Of a stretch of DNA of 64,000 nt, positions 1 to 11,441 are shown piece after piece. Location: contig CATNEN010000025.1 in NCBI GenBank assembly GCA_950097015.1, positions 3,472,001 through 3,536,000 of the forward strand, written 5' to 3'. Numbering within the stretch: the first letter of the stretch is position 1; every line of letters begins with the position of its first letter. The DNA is from Macrostomum hystrix. Lineage: Eukaryota > Animalia > Platyhelminthes. Both the position numbers and the translations under genes were made by a program. The notes beneath the pieces were generated by a model that saw nothing but the letters and a program-made list of their open reading frames with translations, did no database searches and was not told where the DNA came from.

Positions 1-898
1 CCGAGAAATAAAACAGTTGCAGCATTGTTGGGGTGGAAGTTAGGGCAGGTGTGGCTGCTTCACTAGTCCACAGACTGAACAGCTGTACAGTTTTCGGAAA
101 CGGGGCGCAATAGCTGTTGCCTGTGCCACTTTCTGAATATCTATGAACTATTTGGCTGAATGCCGGTAATCTAATTTTACCATCTTAAATGTGTAATATT
201 GGTTGAATACATGTACACGATAAAGTGTACACTCATAATAACGAAGCATATCACAATGACGGCAGCAGCTGACGATGACTAAACATGCACACGGAATAGA
301 TGACGCATCAGCAGCCGCCGCGCCACGCTGCCCCCTCCTGCAGCTGCTGCATATTTGGTATTCCAGCCAAATAGACTAGAGAAATTCCTTCCCTTTACAT
401 TGGACATATTCGCAAAGAACGCGCTGCTGCAGTGTCAGATGGCGCCCGAGCATGGTCCTATCGTACCGGGGGAATGATTGCGAGCCTAAAAATCTCTTTC
501 CGGCGAAGTATACAGCGAAGTCACCCCCCTCCAAGAGCATGCCGGCATGGCCTTCTGCAGTTTTAAAGTCATCCTCTTTCCCGATCCTCTCTGCGGGCCG
601 CACCTCCCGGCTGAACAGCATTCCTCGGACTTCAGCTGCTGCCGTGGCGCACGCTGGCGTTTGCTCGACCTCCTTTCCTATATAGCAAGAAAATCTTCTG
701 CCCAATCGGCCCCCCTATACCTGCCCGATCCACCAGTTCAACTACGAAATTCTGAAACGGCACCAATTCCCATTGTTGATAACTTTTCCGAAAGACCCTT
801 ACAGGCTTAATCGAATGTATGCCTGCCAAGATGCTTTAGAACTTTAATCCTTTAAATCTCTAATTTTGTTGCCATTTTCTCTATAGCTACAAACCGCC

Positions 899-3800
899 AT
901 GGATCATCTGCCCATCCGGAAGATGCTGACTGTGAAGCTGGACAAGGAGGGCGCTCTGGCAAGGTAAGCTGGGATGAGACTGAAGTGGAATTCCATGTGC
1001 AGCATACACACTGTGCGATCGCTGCGGTAAATTACTTTTTAAAGTCCTTTAGTCAATTAAAGGTATACTTTTTGGTATACCTCTTTCAACTACTTTTAAA
1101 GTCAATTGTTGTAAATAAAATTTTGTTCGTTGAAATCACTCGTTTTCGTTTTACATTTATTAGATGTTCAAATCCATGGTGCGTACTTGTAGTCGTGTGT
1201 TTTGGCTTGGTTTGATGACAATGCCACCGAGTCTTCGCAGCTTGATCACACTTTCATTTGAGGGTGTTTTATGCGATTCTCTAGAAATGTATTGTCCCAA
1301 CTGCAACAAACCATATTACTGTAGTGAGCTCAACTTGTTTAGAAAGTTCTTGTATTGTCCACAGACAACACACACAGGAGGTTATAACTGATCCGTTGAA
1401 AATTCATACTCCAGATCCTCGTCTGATCGTCACCAAATCGACGCCGCGGCTAGCAAGGACAAGCGATCGCATCATCGAGGCGCACCAGAGCCCATGAACA
1501 GCCTAGCGGATCGACCACGCGTGAGTTTTAGGTTTTTTGGAAAAAATCTATAAACTATGCGAATTCTATGATATACGCAGCGGACACGCACTGTACTCTC
1601 GATAACATAGACTATTTGCACGTACTGATTATTTAAACGTCCAAGACATTCAACAAACTACCTGCATATATTGCTTTGTAAGAACCCGTGAGACCTTTTA
1701 AGTACAGTTAAAAATTTTGTAAAAATTATAATAAGTTTAATGTACTTGTATACGAGTACAAATGGTCTAGAGTACTTTTTTAAACGTCCATGCATTCACG
1801 GTGATTTTATAAACACATTTTCGTTCAAGCGATCCGCCGAGGACAAGTTTCTATTTCTCCTTCCTTCCACCTCGCTGCCGCCGTCATTGTCATCGACTTC
1901 ACTTGCGTCATCGGCGGTGAAGTCCAGTTCAACACGCGAGACGCCTCCTCGGCATTGGGCCTACATTCGGGAGAAGCAGCAGCAGTACCAACAGTACAAT
2001 CGAGTGTCAGGAGCTCAACAGTCGACAAGCGGTGGCAAGGGACGATTCAAAGCTGATGAAAAATTGCCACAGCACTATCACAGCAGTCAGTCGCTGTACC
2101 AGCCTCCACATCGAAAGCAGCGCCACTCAAACAGTCTACCGCAGCAGCAGCAGCAGCAGCAGATGTTGATAGACAGGCCGTACTCACCCAGCGCCAGCGC
2201 CGCAGCAGCTGCGGCTCGAGCTCGTCGGCGTTCACCGCCTCCTGTACAGCGCCATGTGACATCTGACAATTCTGTGTTCACCATTACCTTCGATCCAGAC
2301 TACTACGACAGGTGCTATCGTCAGCAGCAACGTCAGCCAGATTTGGGACTAGCAGCGTCCTCTGCCATCGCCCTGTCAGCATCCTGCGCTAGTCGTTCTG
2401 CGAAAGCGCCGCCGTCGGTATCGCCGGCTCCGCCCGTCGGCGTTAGTGGGAAGAGAAAGAGACGGCCACCTCGACGGAGAGGTGGTGATCGGCTATGTCC
2501 ACGCAGTCAACAGCGACCAGATCCGGAGGGCGCACCGTCTACACCAGAAAAGGTGGATTCGCTTGGCGCGGCCGGCTACGGAGGCGCATCTGGAGGACAA
2601 TGGACTAGCTGTTGGCGTGACAAACGGCGAGACTCAGCCGCCTCAGATCTGGCATATCTACTCAGTAAGGAGCCGCTATTCTCGGACTATGGAAGCTGCT
2701 CGGATAGTGATACTGCCTCAACAATGTCCACAGACTCAAGAGGTCAAGTAGACGAAAAGGGCGTCATCATGCGTGGCTTTTCGTCAGCGAATTTGAACTC
2801 CAGCACCATGATCAAGTTTTCTATTATTGGCGCTGAAATACAAAACATCATAACGCAGTCTTTGCGAAAGGTAATTAGATTCTATTTAAATTTTCGTTTT
2901 ATCCCTATTTTTTATATGAAGATATGAATGTGAGACGAAATCGTAAGTCTAATTTTCTTATTTTATCAGGGGTTGTCGAACAAACTACAAAAACTGTCTG
3001 TTTGCATATTTGCTGGCCGTGACGAAAAAATATATAGCTACCCCGGCCTTTGGCAATTGCATTTTACCAAATCTTTTCTTCAAGAAAGTGCATGGTTTCA
3101 TTAAAATTCCTTCTACAGCCTTATCTCTTAAGTCAGCTCCAACGCAATACTTCTCCACATACCGAATGTATATGGCTGTATGCAAGTTATTTTTACCTTA
3201 GCAATTGCAATTGTCTTCTTCCTCCCGTACTCTGAGTATGTGTTTCAAAATATTATTTCAGATACTTTTATTTTCTTTAGGTGTTTTTCACTCCTGTTCC
3301 TATCATTTTTTGCAGTATTCAAACCTTAAAAGCGTGTATAAAAGCTAGAAACTAACTTTTTGTCACAATTTGCAGTTGTTATTTTTTGTTTAAATGACCG
3401 GAAAGGCGAAATTTTAACTCGACACGTGTTCCTTCATTTTCTGATTTACTTTGCGCTCAGGCACATATATAGCCTTTTCTAAAAGTTGTAATTCTCACGC
3501 ACGCTGTTTTATTTTACTTTTGATTTGCATATCTAGATATGGCGGCTGAAAAGAGCAACCAAACACAGGGTGTCCTAATGGTTTTGAAGCAAAAAATGCA
3601 AGCTCTAAAAAACGATTTGGAAAGGGTCACTGATGAACTTGAGCGGAAGGAAGAGGAGCTTAAAATGGAAATTGAGCTGCGCAACGCGGTAATATATAAA
3701 CAAAAATCTAATTTTTATTTTTATAGACTAGACAGAACGTAAAGCGACACGTTGCTTGCTTTGTTTATAGTTTTGCTAAATTAATACCTTTAGAAGCTAG

Positions 3801-6800
3801 TTAGCTAGCTTAACTAAGAAATGTATTAGCGTTTTTTCTGTATTTATTTTGTACAGATATCTTTTTACTGGTCAAAGAAAATTTAATTCTTTCAAGTGCA
3901 GAAAATATAGGAAAATTGTATTACATTTAATGTTTATACTGTACACTTTTGAAGTGTAATCTGCCAAGTATTGTATATAGTGAAAATGCAAATACATATA
4001 TGCTTATTTTCAATTTATAAAAAGTTTATATCAAAACATGTTGCATGCCTGAATATTTAATTTCACTTTTAAATAAGTTTTCAATGCCTGTTTTATATAA
4101 AGCATTTCGCCTATCATTTATTTTTTTAAATCTAGGCTGAGACAGAAGTTCAAAGTCTTGCTAGACGAGTGCAACTGCTTGAAGATGAGCTTGAGCAGAC
4201 CGAAAGCCGCTTGCAGGAGACAAACCAGAAGCTTCAAGAGGCAAGCAAAGTAGCTGAAGAAAGTGAAAGGTATGTTGTTTTCAAATAGTTTTTGTAATGC
4301 TAAGTAAATTGTTTCAAAAATATTTTAAGGAATGATTTTATATGATGTAACTACAAGTATAAGTATAAATGTAATTAGGCTATGTTTTATTTGGGTGTTG
4401 AGATTTTTATTATTTTAACTCATGCTATTTTAATATAGCATGAGTTCAATTCAGCCACCGGTTAATCAAATTTTTCTCAGGTCATGACAAAAGCATTTGA
4501 CTGCTGTGTTTCAATGGTTAATTTCTATATAGCTGCAAGCGTATTGTTTAAAGAAATGCATATGAAAAAGACTAATGCATCTGAGATTAATATGCAAAAG
4601 AGATAATTGAAAAAGTTTGCGAAATATCACGTTTTTTCAACTAGCCTGCCCATACTACTCTAGTTTGAATGCGGACGCTATCATAAAACAGGGCCCGCAA
4701 GGTTCTGGAGAATCGGCAGAACATTGACGACAGCCGAATCACCCAGCTTGAGCGGCTGGTGAACGACGCCACCGACTCCGCTGCCGACGCGGAGAGCAAT
4801 TTGGAGGAGGTGAACATCAATAACGGAATTGCTCGCTTCAATGTCTTCAGCAAATATATACTTTCTTTATTTAGGTTTTCTAGTTTAAAATCTACTCTTC
4901 ACATGGGGCAATGCACTTTAAATCCATTCGCACTACACAAACCCGCCAGATCCCGACAGACCCGGTCCCAGCAACTGTTGCTAAGCGACGAAGCGACAGC
5001 CGTCAGTGAAGGCTGTCGCTTTGACTTCGCAGACAGGTTCGAATCAAACTAGAACGTTTATTGTCAACTGCTGTGCTTTTCACTTGCCTGTGCAATTGCT
5101 ATTGTTATTGCTATTGCTATTGCACGACTCGTGTGCTGTGGGTTCTGGGAATTTTAGCATGAGATCTCCCAGCTTCGAATTCCCTATAGTACACTTGCCA
5201 GCTATTCGGTCAGCCGAAAACGGCGAGCTAGAAAACGTCGTTCGAAACACCGGGAACACTGGGGAAATGTGAATCAAAACACTTGGAAATTGCAGTTCAA
5301 AACACTGGGAAACGGCAGTTCAAAGCACTGGGAAACGGCAGTTCAAAGCACTGGGAAATGGCAGTTCAAAGCACTGGGAAACGGCAGTTCAAAGCACTGG
5401 GAAATGGCAGTTCAAAGCACTGGGAAATGGCAGTTCAAAGCACTGGGAAATGGCAGTTCAAAACACTGGGAAATGGCAGTTCAAAACACTGGGAAATGGC
5501 AGTTCAAAGCACTGGGAAATGGCAGTTCAAAACACTGGGAAATGGCAGTTCAAAACACTGGGAAATGGCAGTTCAAAGCACTGGGAAATGGCAGTTCAAA
5601 ACACTGGGAAATGGCAGTTCAAAGCACTGGGAAATGGCAGTTCAAAGCACTTGGAAATGGCAGTTCAAAACACTGGGAAATGGCAGTTCAAAACACTGGG
5701 AAATGGCAGTTCAAAACACTGGGAAATGGCAGTTCAAAACACTGGGAAATGGCAGTTCAAAACACTGGGAAATGGCAGTTCAAAGCACTGGGAAATGGCA
5801 GTTCAAAACACTGGGAAATGGCAGTTCAAAGCACTGGGAAATGGCAGTTCAAAGCACTGGGAAATGGCAGTTCAAAACACTGGGAAATAGCAGTTTGAAA
5901 CACTGGGAAATGTCAGTTCAAAACACTGGGAAATGACAGTTTGAAACACTGGGAAATGGCAGTTCAAAGCACTGGGAAACGGCAGTTCAAAGCACTGGGA
6001 AACGGCAGTTCAAAGCACTGGGAAATGGCAGTTCAAAGCACTGGGAAATGGCAGTTCAAAACACTGGGAAATGGCAGTTTGAAACACTGGGAAATGTCAG
6101 TTCAAAACACTGGGAAATGGCAGTTCAAAGCACTGGGAAACGGCAGTTCAAAGCACTGGGAAATGGCAGTTCAAAGCACTGGGAAATGGCAGTTCAAAGC
6201 ACTGGGAAATGGCAGTTCAAAACACTGGGAAATGGCAGTTCAAAACACTGGGAAATGGCAGTTCAAAGCACTGGGAAATGGCAGTTCAAAACACTGGGAA
6301 ATGGCAGTTTGAAACACTGGGAAACGGCAGTTGAAAACACTAGGAAATGGCAGTTTGAAACACTTGGAAATGGCAGTTTGAAACTCTGGGAAACGGCAGT
6401 TCAAAACACTAGGAAATGGCAGTTTGAAACACTGGGAAACGGCAGTTCAAAACACTAGGAAATGGCAGTTTGAAACACTGGGAAACTGCAGTTCAAAACA
6501 CTGGAGAATAGCGTTTGAAAACAATCGAAACTGGCAGTTGGAAACAATGGGAAATGGCGGTTGGAAACAACGGAAAATGTAGGTTAAAAATATTAAGAAC
6601 GACCTTCAATTTTATTTGAAAATTGAAGTTGATGAAAAAAACATTTCGCTTTTCTCAGGTTTCTAGTCCAATTCAATTAATCACACTTCATCTAATATAT
6701 TTCTCTAACTTCATGCATCTGTTCATAAGCTCATGAATAGTTGACATTTTTGCAATAATTGCATTGCATGCCAGTGCATCCCAGATCATGCTTAGACTTC

Positions 6801-9800
6801 AACTACCATATTTTCCACCGCTACTAACACCCAGGTACGCAGGAAATTGCAGTTGGCCGAAGACCAGCTGGCTAAGGCCGAGGATCGCTCCGAAGCCGCC
6901 GAGAAGAAGGTCAAGGAGCTCAGAGAAGAGTTGCACCTGGTCACCATTCATTTAAAGTCTTTGGAGCTCAGCGAAGCCAAGGTGCCTTTTTTGTGTTTTG
7001 GCTCTTCAGCTGTCCATGCATTGGAGGGACCCACCGAAATTTCTACCCCAAGCTAGTACCGACACCCATTCTGTAGTTGTCTGAGGACACAATTTGTTTT
7101 GAATATTTAAAGATGGCTGAGTGTCGAACTCCCGAAAATACATATCGCAGAACAGACGTTGCAAAAACATATCAAACCCAACATAAATAGAAAACTCCAA
7201 TAGTAACATCATCCAAGCACTTCGTTTAGTCTAAATTCAGCACCCTTTCTAACGCTCGCTACTACAATGTTCTTTTAATAATTATTACTGATAAATTGCC
7301 CATACGTTCTATCAAAAGCAAAAGACACTATCGGATTTGCAGTCGCATGTCGGTACCGCTCGCTTTGCGTTGTGTGTTGCTGGTACCAATTTATACTAGC
7401 CAACTCCTTCTTTGGAGGAATTTCAGGGGTGAAACCTAAAACTTGACTGTAAACTCAAAATCGGGTGAACTACTTACAGGACTGCATAGTAGGCGGCGCC
7501 TTAGAATGGCGTACTTGCATTAGATTGATTAGCGGATCACGATTATTTATTTTTTAGTGTCGTGTACAGTTCACGAGAAAAAGATTTTGAATCGAAATAC
7601 ATTTCGAAATACACTTTGTTACGTAATAAGGCAATAATAAAGTAAAACTTATATTATTATAAAAATTTATAAAAACTCGGAAACCCGAACCCGTCCCAAA
7701 GCCGACACGACCCGAACCCCGAACACCGCTAGTGGGCGCCCGCCAGCTCAATCTTTATGCAGGTTCATTCATATTGCCTCCACTTAGGTGGAGTGACAAC
7801 TTAAATATAGATTATATGACAATAACCTCGTCCCACCCAATTAACTAACTTCAGTCGAAATGTTCAGAAACGCCCCTCTAACTTTAGCAGTTGAAATAAA
7901 AGGATCCGCCTGCAGCGTCTCGTTTCAAGAATTTCGAAAATTAGCTTGTAACTCTTTAAAGCAAGTGTTGCCGTTTCCATGGCGTTTATAATTGATGGAC
8001 AATAATCTTGAAAGATTTTACAATTGCGTATGAACCTGTCACACTAACGTCGCCACCTTCACTGTCGCTGCCAAGCAGCAAGGTGTTGGAGCTCGAGGAG
8101 GCTCTGCGTGCCGCCGGCATCCGGTTGAAATCGCGCGAAATATCCGAGCAACTGGCCGCCAGCTGTCGGATGAGAAGCTGCGCCATGGTTCGAGCTCATT
8201 TCATTTCAATTGTCCTGACCTGCATGAATTCCATTGTTGAAATGCTTGGTTAAGCAATCTTATGCGGACAGCATGGCTTGACTTCTGTGTGGCTTCCATT
8301 AGCTCCGAGCATGCGGAGTGACTTTCCAGGATCTTTAGATCTGAATTCGAGGTGCTAAAACTGGTCCTCTTAAGTACAGGAACTCCAATTCTTGTGTGCG
8401 GAAGTGCAATAATTTCCGTCCAAAAGTACAGACTCTTCCGTACTAATTTAGTGCAACGTCCCTACGTAAAAACTAATTCACACAAAACATTTCATGTGCA
8501 ACAATAATCGACTACTAAGGGACGACTAAACACTTCCTCTTAGTACGAGCTTGAGTACATACTACTCTCAGTAGTCCCTGAGTATGCAATTGCATGCTGT
8601 GCGCCCTACCGACATGCGAATGCCATGTCCACCTCAGTTTAAACTCGCCATTGAATAATTTTGTCATTTCTTAGTGAAATACCTGCATGGGAAGCGTTAA
8701 AATGATGTCAATCACTAAAACCCGCCTCCATTTTTCTCTCTCACCGATGCAGTCGGCACAGAAGGAGGAGAGCCACGAGAGTCTCATAATAGACCTCACC
8801 CTGAAACTCAAGGAGGTGAGCTCATCGTCTGCTCTCTTTGATTCTTGGAAAATTCATTTCTACTCGTAGAAAACAAATCGGGCAAATGAGCTCAATTGTT
8901 GTGTGACTTAAAATGAGAATTTTTTAAAGGCTCAGAACATAATCCAATGACTGCCGTTCTACCCATGCTGCCCCGTTTCTGCCAACTTAATCTTCTTGAA
9001 ATCTTAGCTCCTATGCTCCCCCCAACCCCCATTCTTCCCCTAACTCCCCATTCTTCCCACCAAACTTCCCACTCTTCCCCTAACTCCCCATTTCTCCCCC
9101 TCAACTCCCCATTTCTCCCCCTTAACTCCCCATTCTTCCCCCCAACACCCCATTTCTCCCCCTTAACTCCCCATTCTTCTCCCCCAACTACCCATTCTTC
9201 CCCCAACTCCCATTCATCCCCCCAACTACCCATTCTTCTCCCCAACTCCCTATTCTTCCTCTAACTCCTCGCCGAATTCCAGTTGTCATTCCTTTAGCAC
9301 TTATAAGACAGCCATTGGTCAATGTTTTCCCGATAAGCATTCAACTGCCCAAACACCAACCAATGACGGGACTGCTCGCGCTGATCAAATTTAGGCCGAG
9401 GAAAGGCTGGAGACCGCCGAACGTGAGGCGACTAGTCGACAGAAAGAAATCGATCAGACGGAAGGTAAAAAACGTTGGTTAAAAAGATCGTCCAATTTCT
9501 TCAAGAAGATTTCTCTATTGAGGTAGCAGAAGTCAACGGATTTGGATTGTTTGATAGGAATTCAAAATTAAGAATTCAAGAGAGCAGACAAGCCAAGCTA
9601 CTACGGTTTTTATTCGGATATTCGATTGTTTTAACTTTCGAAACAAAATATATTTCCTCTAAAAATGAACTTAACTCGCTAACACTACTTGTCTTTTTCT
9701 TACAACGCGAGTAGGGTGATGCGCATTTTTCTCCATTTTATGAAATTGATTTTAAATTTGAAAGAAAAATATGGCCAACACCAAATAACAATGCGCAGAG

Positions 9801-11441
9801 CGAGAGACGCAGAGAGGCAGCCGAGAGAGCCGCGTTTGCTCGCCAAGTGGAGGTTGAGCAGCTGGAAGGTATTATTAATTACTAAAGTCCGATTGGAGGA
9901 TTTAGTTTAGACATTTAATAAACTGTACACATAGCGCATTGCATGTGATCACATATCTGTGCCATTGGCACAGTGCTTCTCTGCACTCCAATTCGATTTT
10001 ATCACAATTGCTACTCATTAGTAGATATTTCAAAAATGTCAAGTTCAACGCACTTATTTTATTTAATGCCGTTACTGAAGGTACTCACTTTCCTATAATT
10101 CTTGTTTTTCTGAATTTTGGCTATCTTTTCTTACATAATTTGTGTTTTTTTGGCCCCAAATTCCGTACTAAATAAGCGGTGAGTAAGTGGTTTCGTATTT
10201 CGCCTCGTCAGCTAATTAGCCTATCTTTTCAAAGTTGATGCAATTTTTTCTGCTGTTTAATTCATAATTATTTTTTTCCAGCCCGGCTTCATCAGCAGAG
10301 TCAGCTGGTGGTTAAACTCAAGCGCGACCTGGACCAACTGTTTCAGGCTGTGAAATCTGCGGCTTAGGCCTCTATAGATTAGTTAGAGCTTCAATTTTTA
10401 GTCAGCTTTGGAATTTTTTGGAATTTTTAATTTGCCTTCTTTGTGTCTTCTATGATGCGTTCCTTTGAAAAACAATTAACACACTTTGTTAATTAAAGCT
10501 TCGAAGCTTGTGATAGGAGTAGAGAAGCTTTTAGTACAGTGGTTTGAGTTTTGTACTTTTGACCTAGAGGTCGTGAGTTCAAATCTCAGCCAAATAGGGA
10601 ACTATATTTGTGTCGTTTGACAAGACACTCGATGCCATATTGCCCTACTTCAGCTTCACAATAATAATAACTGCAGGAGGGCTGCGGGAAATCACACATC
10701 ATCTGGTGACACTAGACCTGCAGCCAGTGAGGAGGCAATTCTGCCATTCCAGCTGACTCCTGAGCACACTCACACAGGTGTGTACATCTGCCCTGACTTT
10801 CTTATCGTCAGGCAGTGTACACTCTCACTGTGCCTTGGGGGTTGGCCCTCAAGGGCGTAAATTGGACGACAAGCCCCCCCCAAGCCTTCTCTCCGCGGCT
10901 GCGCCCCAAAATGAATGTGGCCTCGCCGCGGAATCGAGCTCAGTGACCTTGGTACGAGAGGCAAACGCGTTAACCGCTCTGCCACTCAGCCCCCAAACCA
11001 GTCCATGGACTGAACAGCTGTACACAGCTTTTGGATGCACCAGGCAGTAGAACTGCGGCTAAGCATCTGACTAATCTGGGCTAGGTGTCATTTCTTGAAC
11101 TCTCTAACTATAAGAAGGTGCAAAATGAAAAGTTGAAGAAGTTTTATCTGCCATAGTAGCTTGGCTGTTGTGTTGTCTCATTTTCTTTGTATTTTAGAAA
11201 GCGATTTCTCTTAGTAAACTTTACTGACCTTCGCTTAGTTTGCTTTCTTGTATGCCTTCTGCTACCTCGAGAAGTTATTTTTAAGTATTTTCCTATTCAA
11301 CTATCATTTATAATTTAACACAATAAATTAATCTAAACTTCCAAATCATTAACTGCAGAGGAGCTTCAACAAAAGAAGGACCATCTTGGCAAGCTGAAAG
11401 CCGACTTGGAACAATACTACAAGGATATCGAAAGCATTTAG
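899..11441 (+). CDS. Tm1: Tropomyosin, long atypical isoform (~608 aa): join(899..963,1415..1520,1830..2870,4136..4269,4692..4809,6835..6981,8753..8815,9395..9464 or 9799..9868,10282..10367 or 11359..11441)
   Basis: The core exons translate to a tropomyosin coiled coil ([26 protein letters not shown]; [17 protein letters not shown]; [25 protein letters not shown]). Exon sizes of 134/118/147(=71+76)/63/70/83 nt match canonical tropomyosin exons. All junctions are GT-AG with matching phase. The three upstream exons are open and phase-compatible (2, 0, 0) with the 4136 exon, but their joining is inferred. Confidence 0.8.
1830..2870 (+). CDS. Tm1: Large low-complexity (Ser/Arg/Gln/Ala/Pro-rich) exon of the atypical tropomyosin isoform
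   Basis: 347-codon open frame inside ORF 1740..2927, GC-rich between AT-rich flanks. It ends [21 protein letters not shown]|gtaatt in phase 0. The 5' acceptor (ttcaag| at 1829) is less certain. Confidence 0.7.
3539..3688 (+). CDS. Tm1: Tropomyosin alternative first exon (exon 1b type, short ~254-aa isoform)
   Basis: [50 protein letters not shown]|gtaata: 50 codons, phase 0 into AETEV, typical of low-molecular-weight tropomyosin N-termini. Confidence 0.88.
5281..6560. repeat. 23-bp minisatellite (gttcaaa(g/a)cactgggaaatggca), ~55 copies, tropomyosin intron
   Basis: Direct tandem periodicity that decays at both ends. It explains ORFs 5269..6458. Confidence 0.97.
8079..8253 (+). other. Orphan tropomyosin exon-6-like copy (alternative terminal exon or decaying exon)
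   Basis: ctaac branch motif, then cag|C AAG GTG: [25 protein letters not shown] aligns with [25 protein letters not shown] of 6835..6981. There is no GT donor at the expected end (8154), and the frame runs on to a stop at 8253. Confidence 0.5.
8990..9265. repeat. C-rich degenerate tandem repeat (ccccattct.../ctcccc)
   Basis: Repeated C4-C6 runs; the minus strand is G-rich. Confidence 0.85.
9799..9868 (+). CDS. Tm1: Tropomyosin exon 8b (alternative to 9395..9464)
   Basis: cag|[23 protein letters not shown]+G|gtatta: 70 nt, same size and phases (0/1) as 8a ([23 protein letters not shown]). Confidence 0.75.
10282..10367 (+). CDS. Tm1: Tropomyosin alternative terminal exon 9a
   Basis: ttttccag|, phase 1, (A)[27 protein letters not shown]; similar size to 9b (11359..11441, [27 protein letters not shown]). 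Confidence 0.75.
10531..11085 (+). mobile_element. tRNA-derived SINE family A copy, interrupted by a family B copy
   Basis: tRNA-like head (gaggtcgtgagttcaaatct), body tgtgtc...caagacact and 3' part cagtccatggactgaacagc, all shared with 14362..14655. Confidence 0.75.
10660..10990 (-). mobile_element. tRNA-derived SINE family B
   Basis: Minus-strand head agtggcagagcggttaacgcgtttgcc...gagctcgattcc (A/B-box-like) and (TTA)n tail. Near-identical blocks occur at 38640, 53190 and 61668. Confidence 0.88.

Noticed and set aside
376-829. ORFs 376..705, 452..685, 547..810 and 632..829
   Set aside because: No recognisable motifs or supporting splice structure; more likely a GC-rich upstream region of tropomyosin.
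5269-6458. Long repetitive ORFs (also at 15442, 16418, 40047, 43221, 48415-52658, 59678-60490)
   Set aside because: They are stop-free translations of tandem repeats inside introns or intergenic DNA, open in several frames.
10930-10990. tRNA genes (also at 14370, 22480, 38645, 39830, 53370, 58980, 61970)
   Set aside because: They have A/B-box-like motifs but no complete cloverleaf, and most continue into shared repeat bodies: SINE heads.
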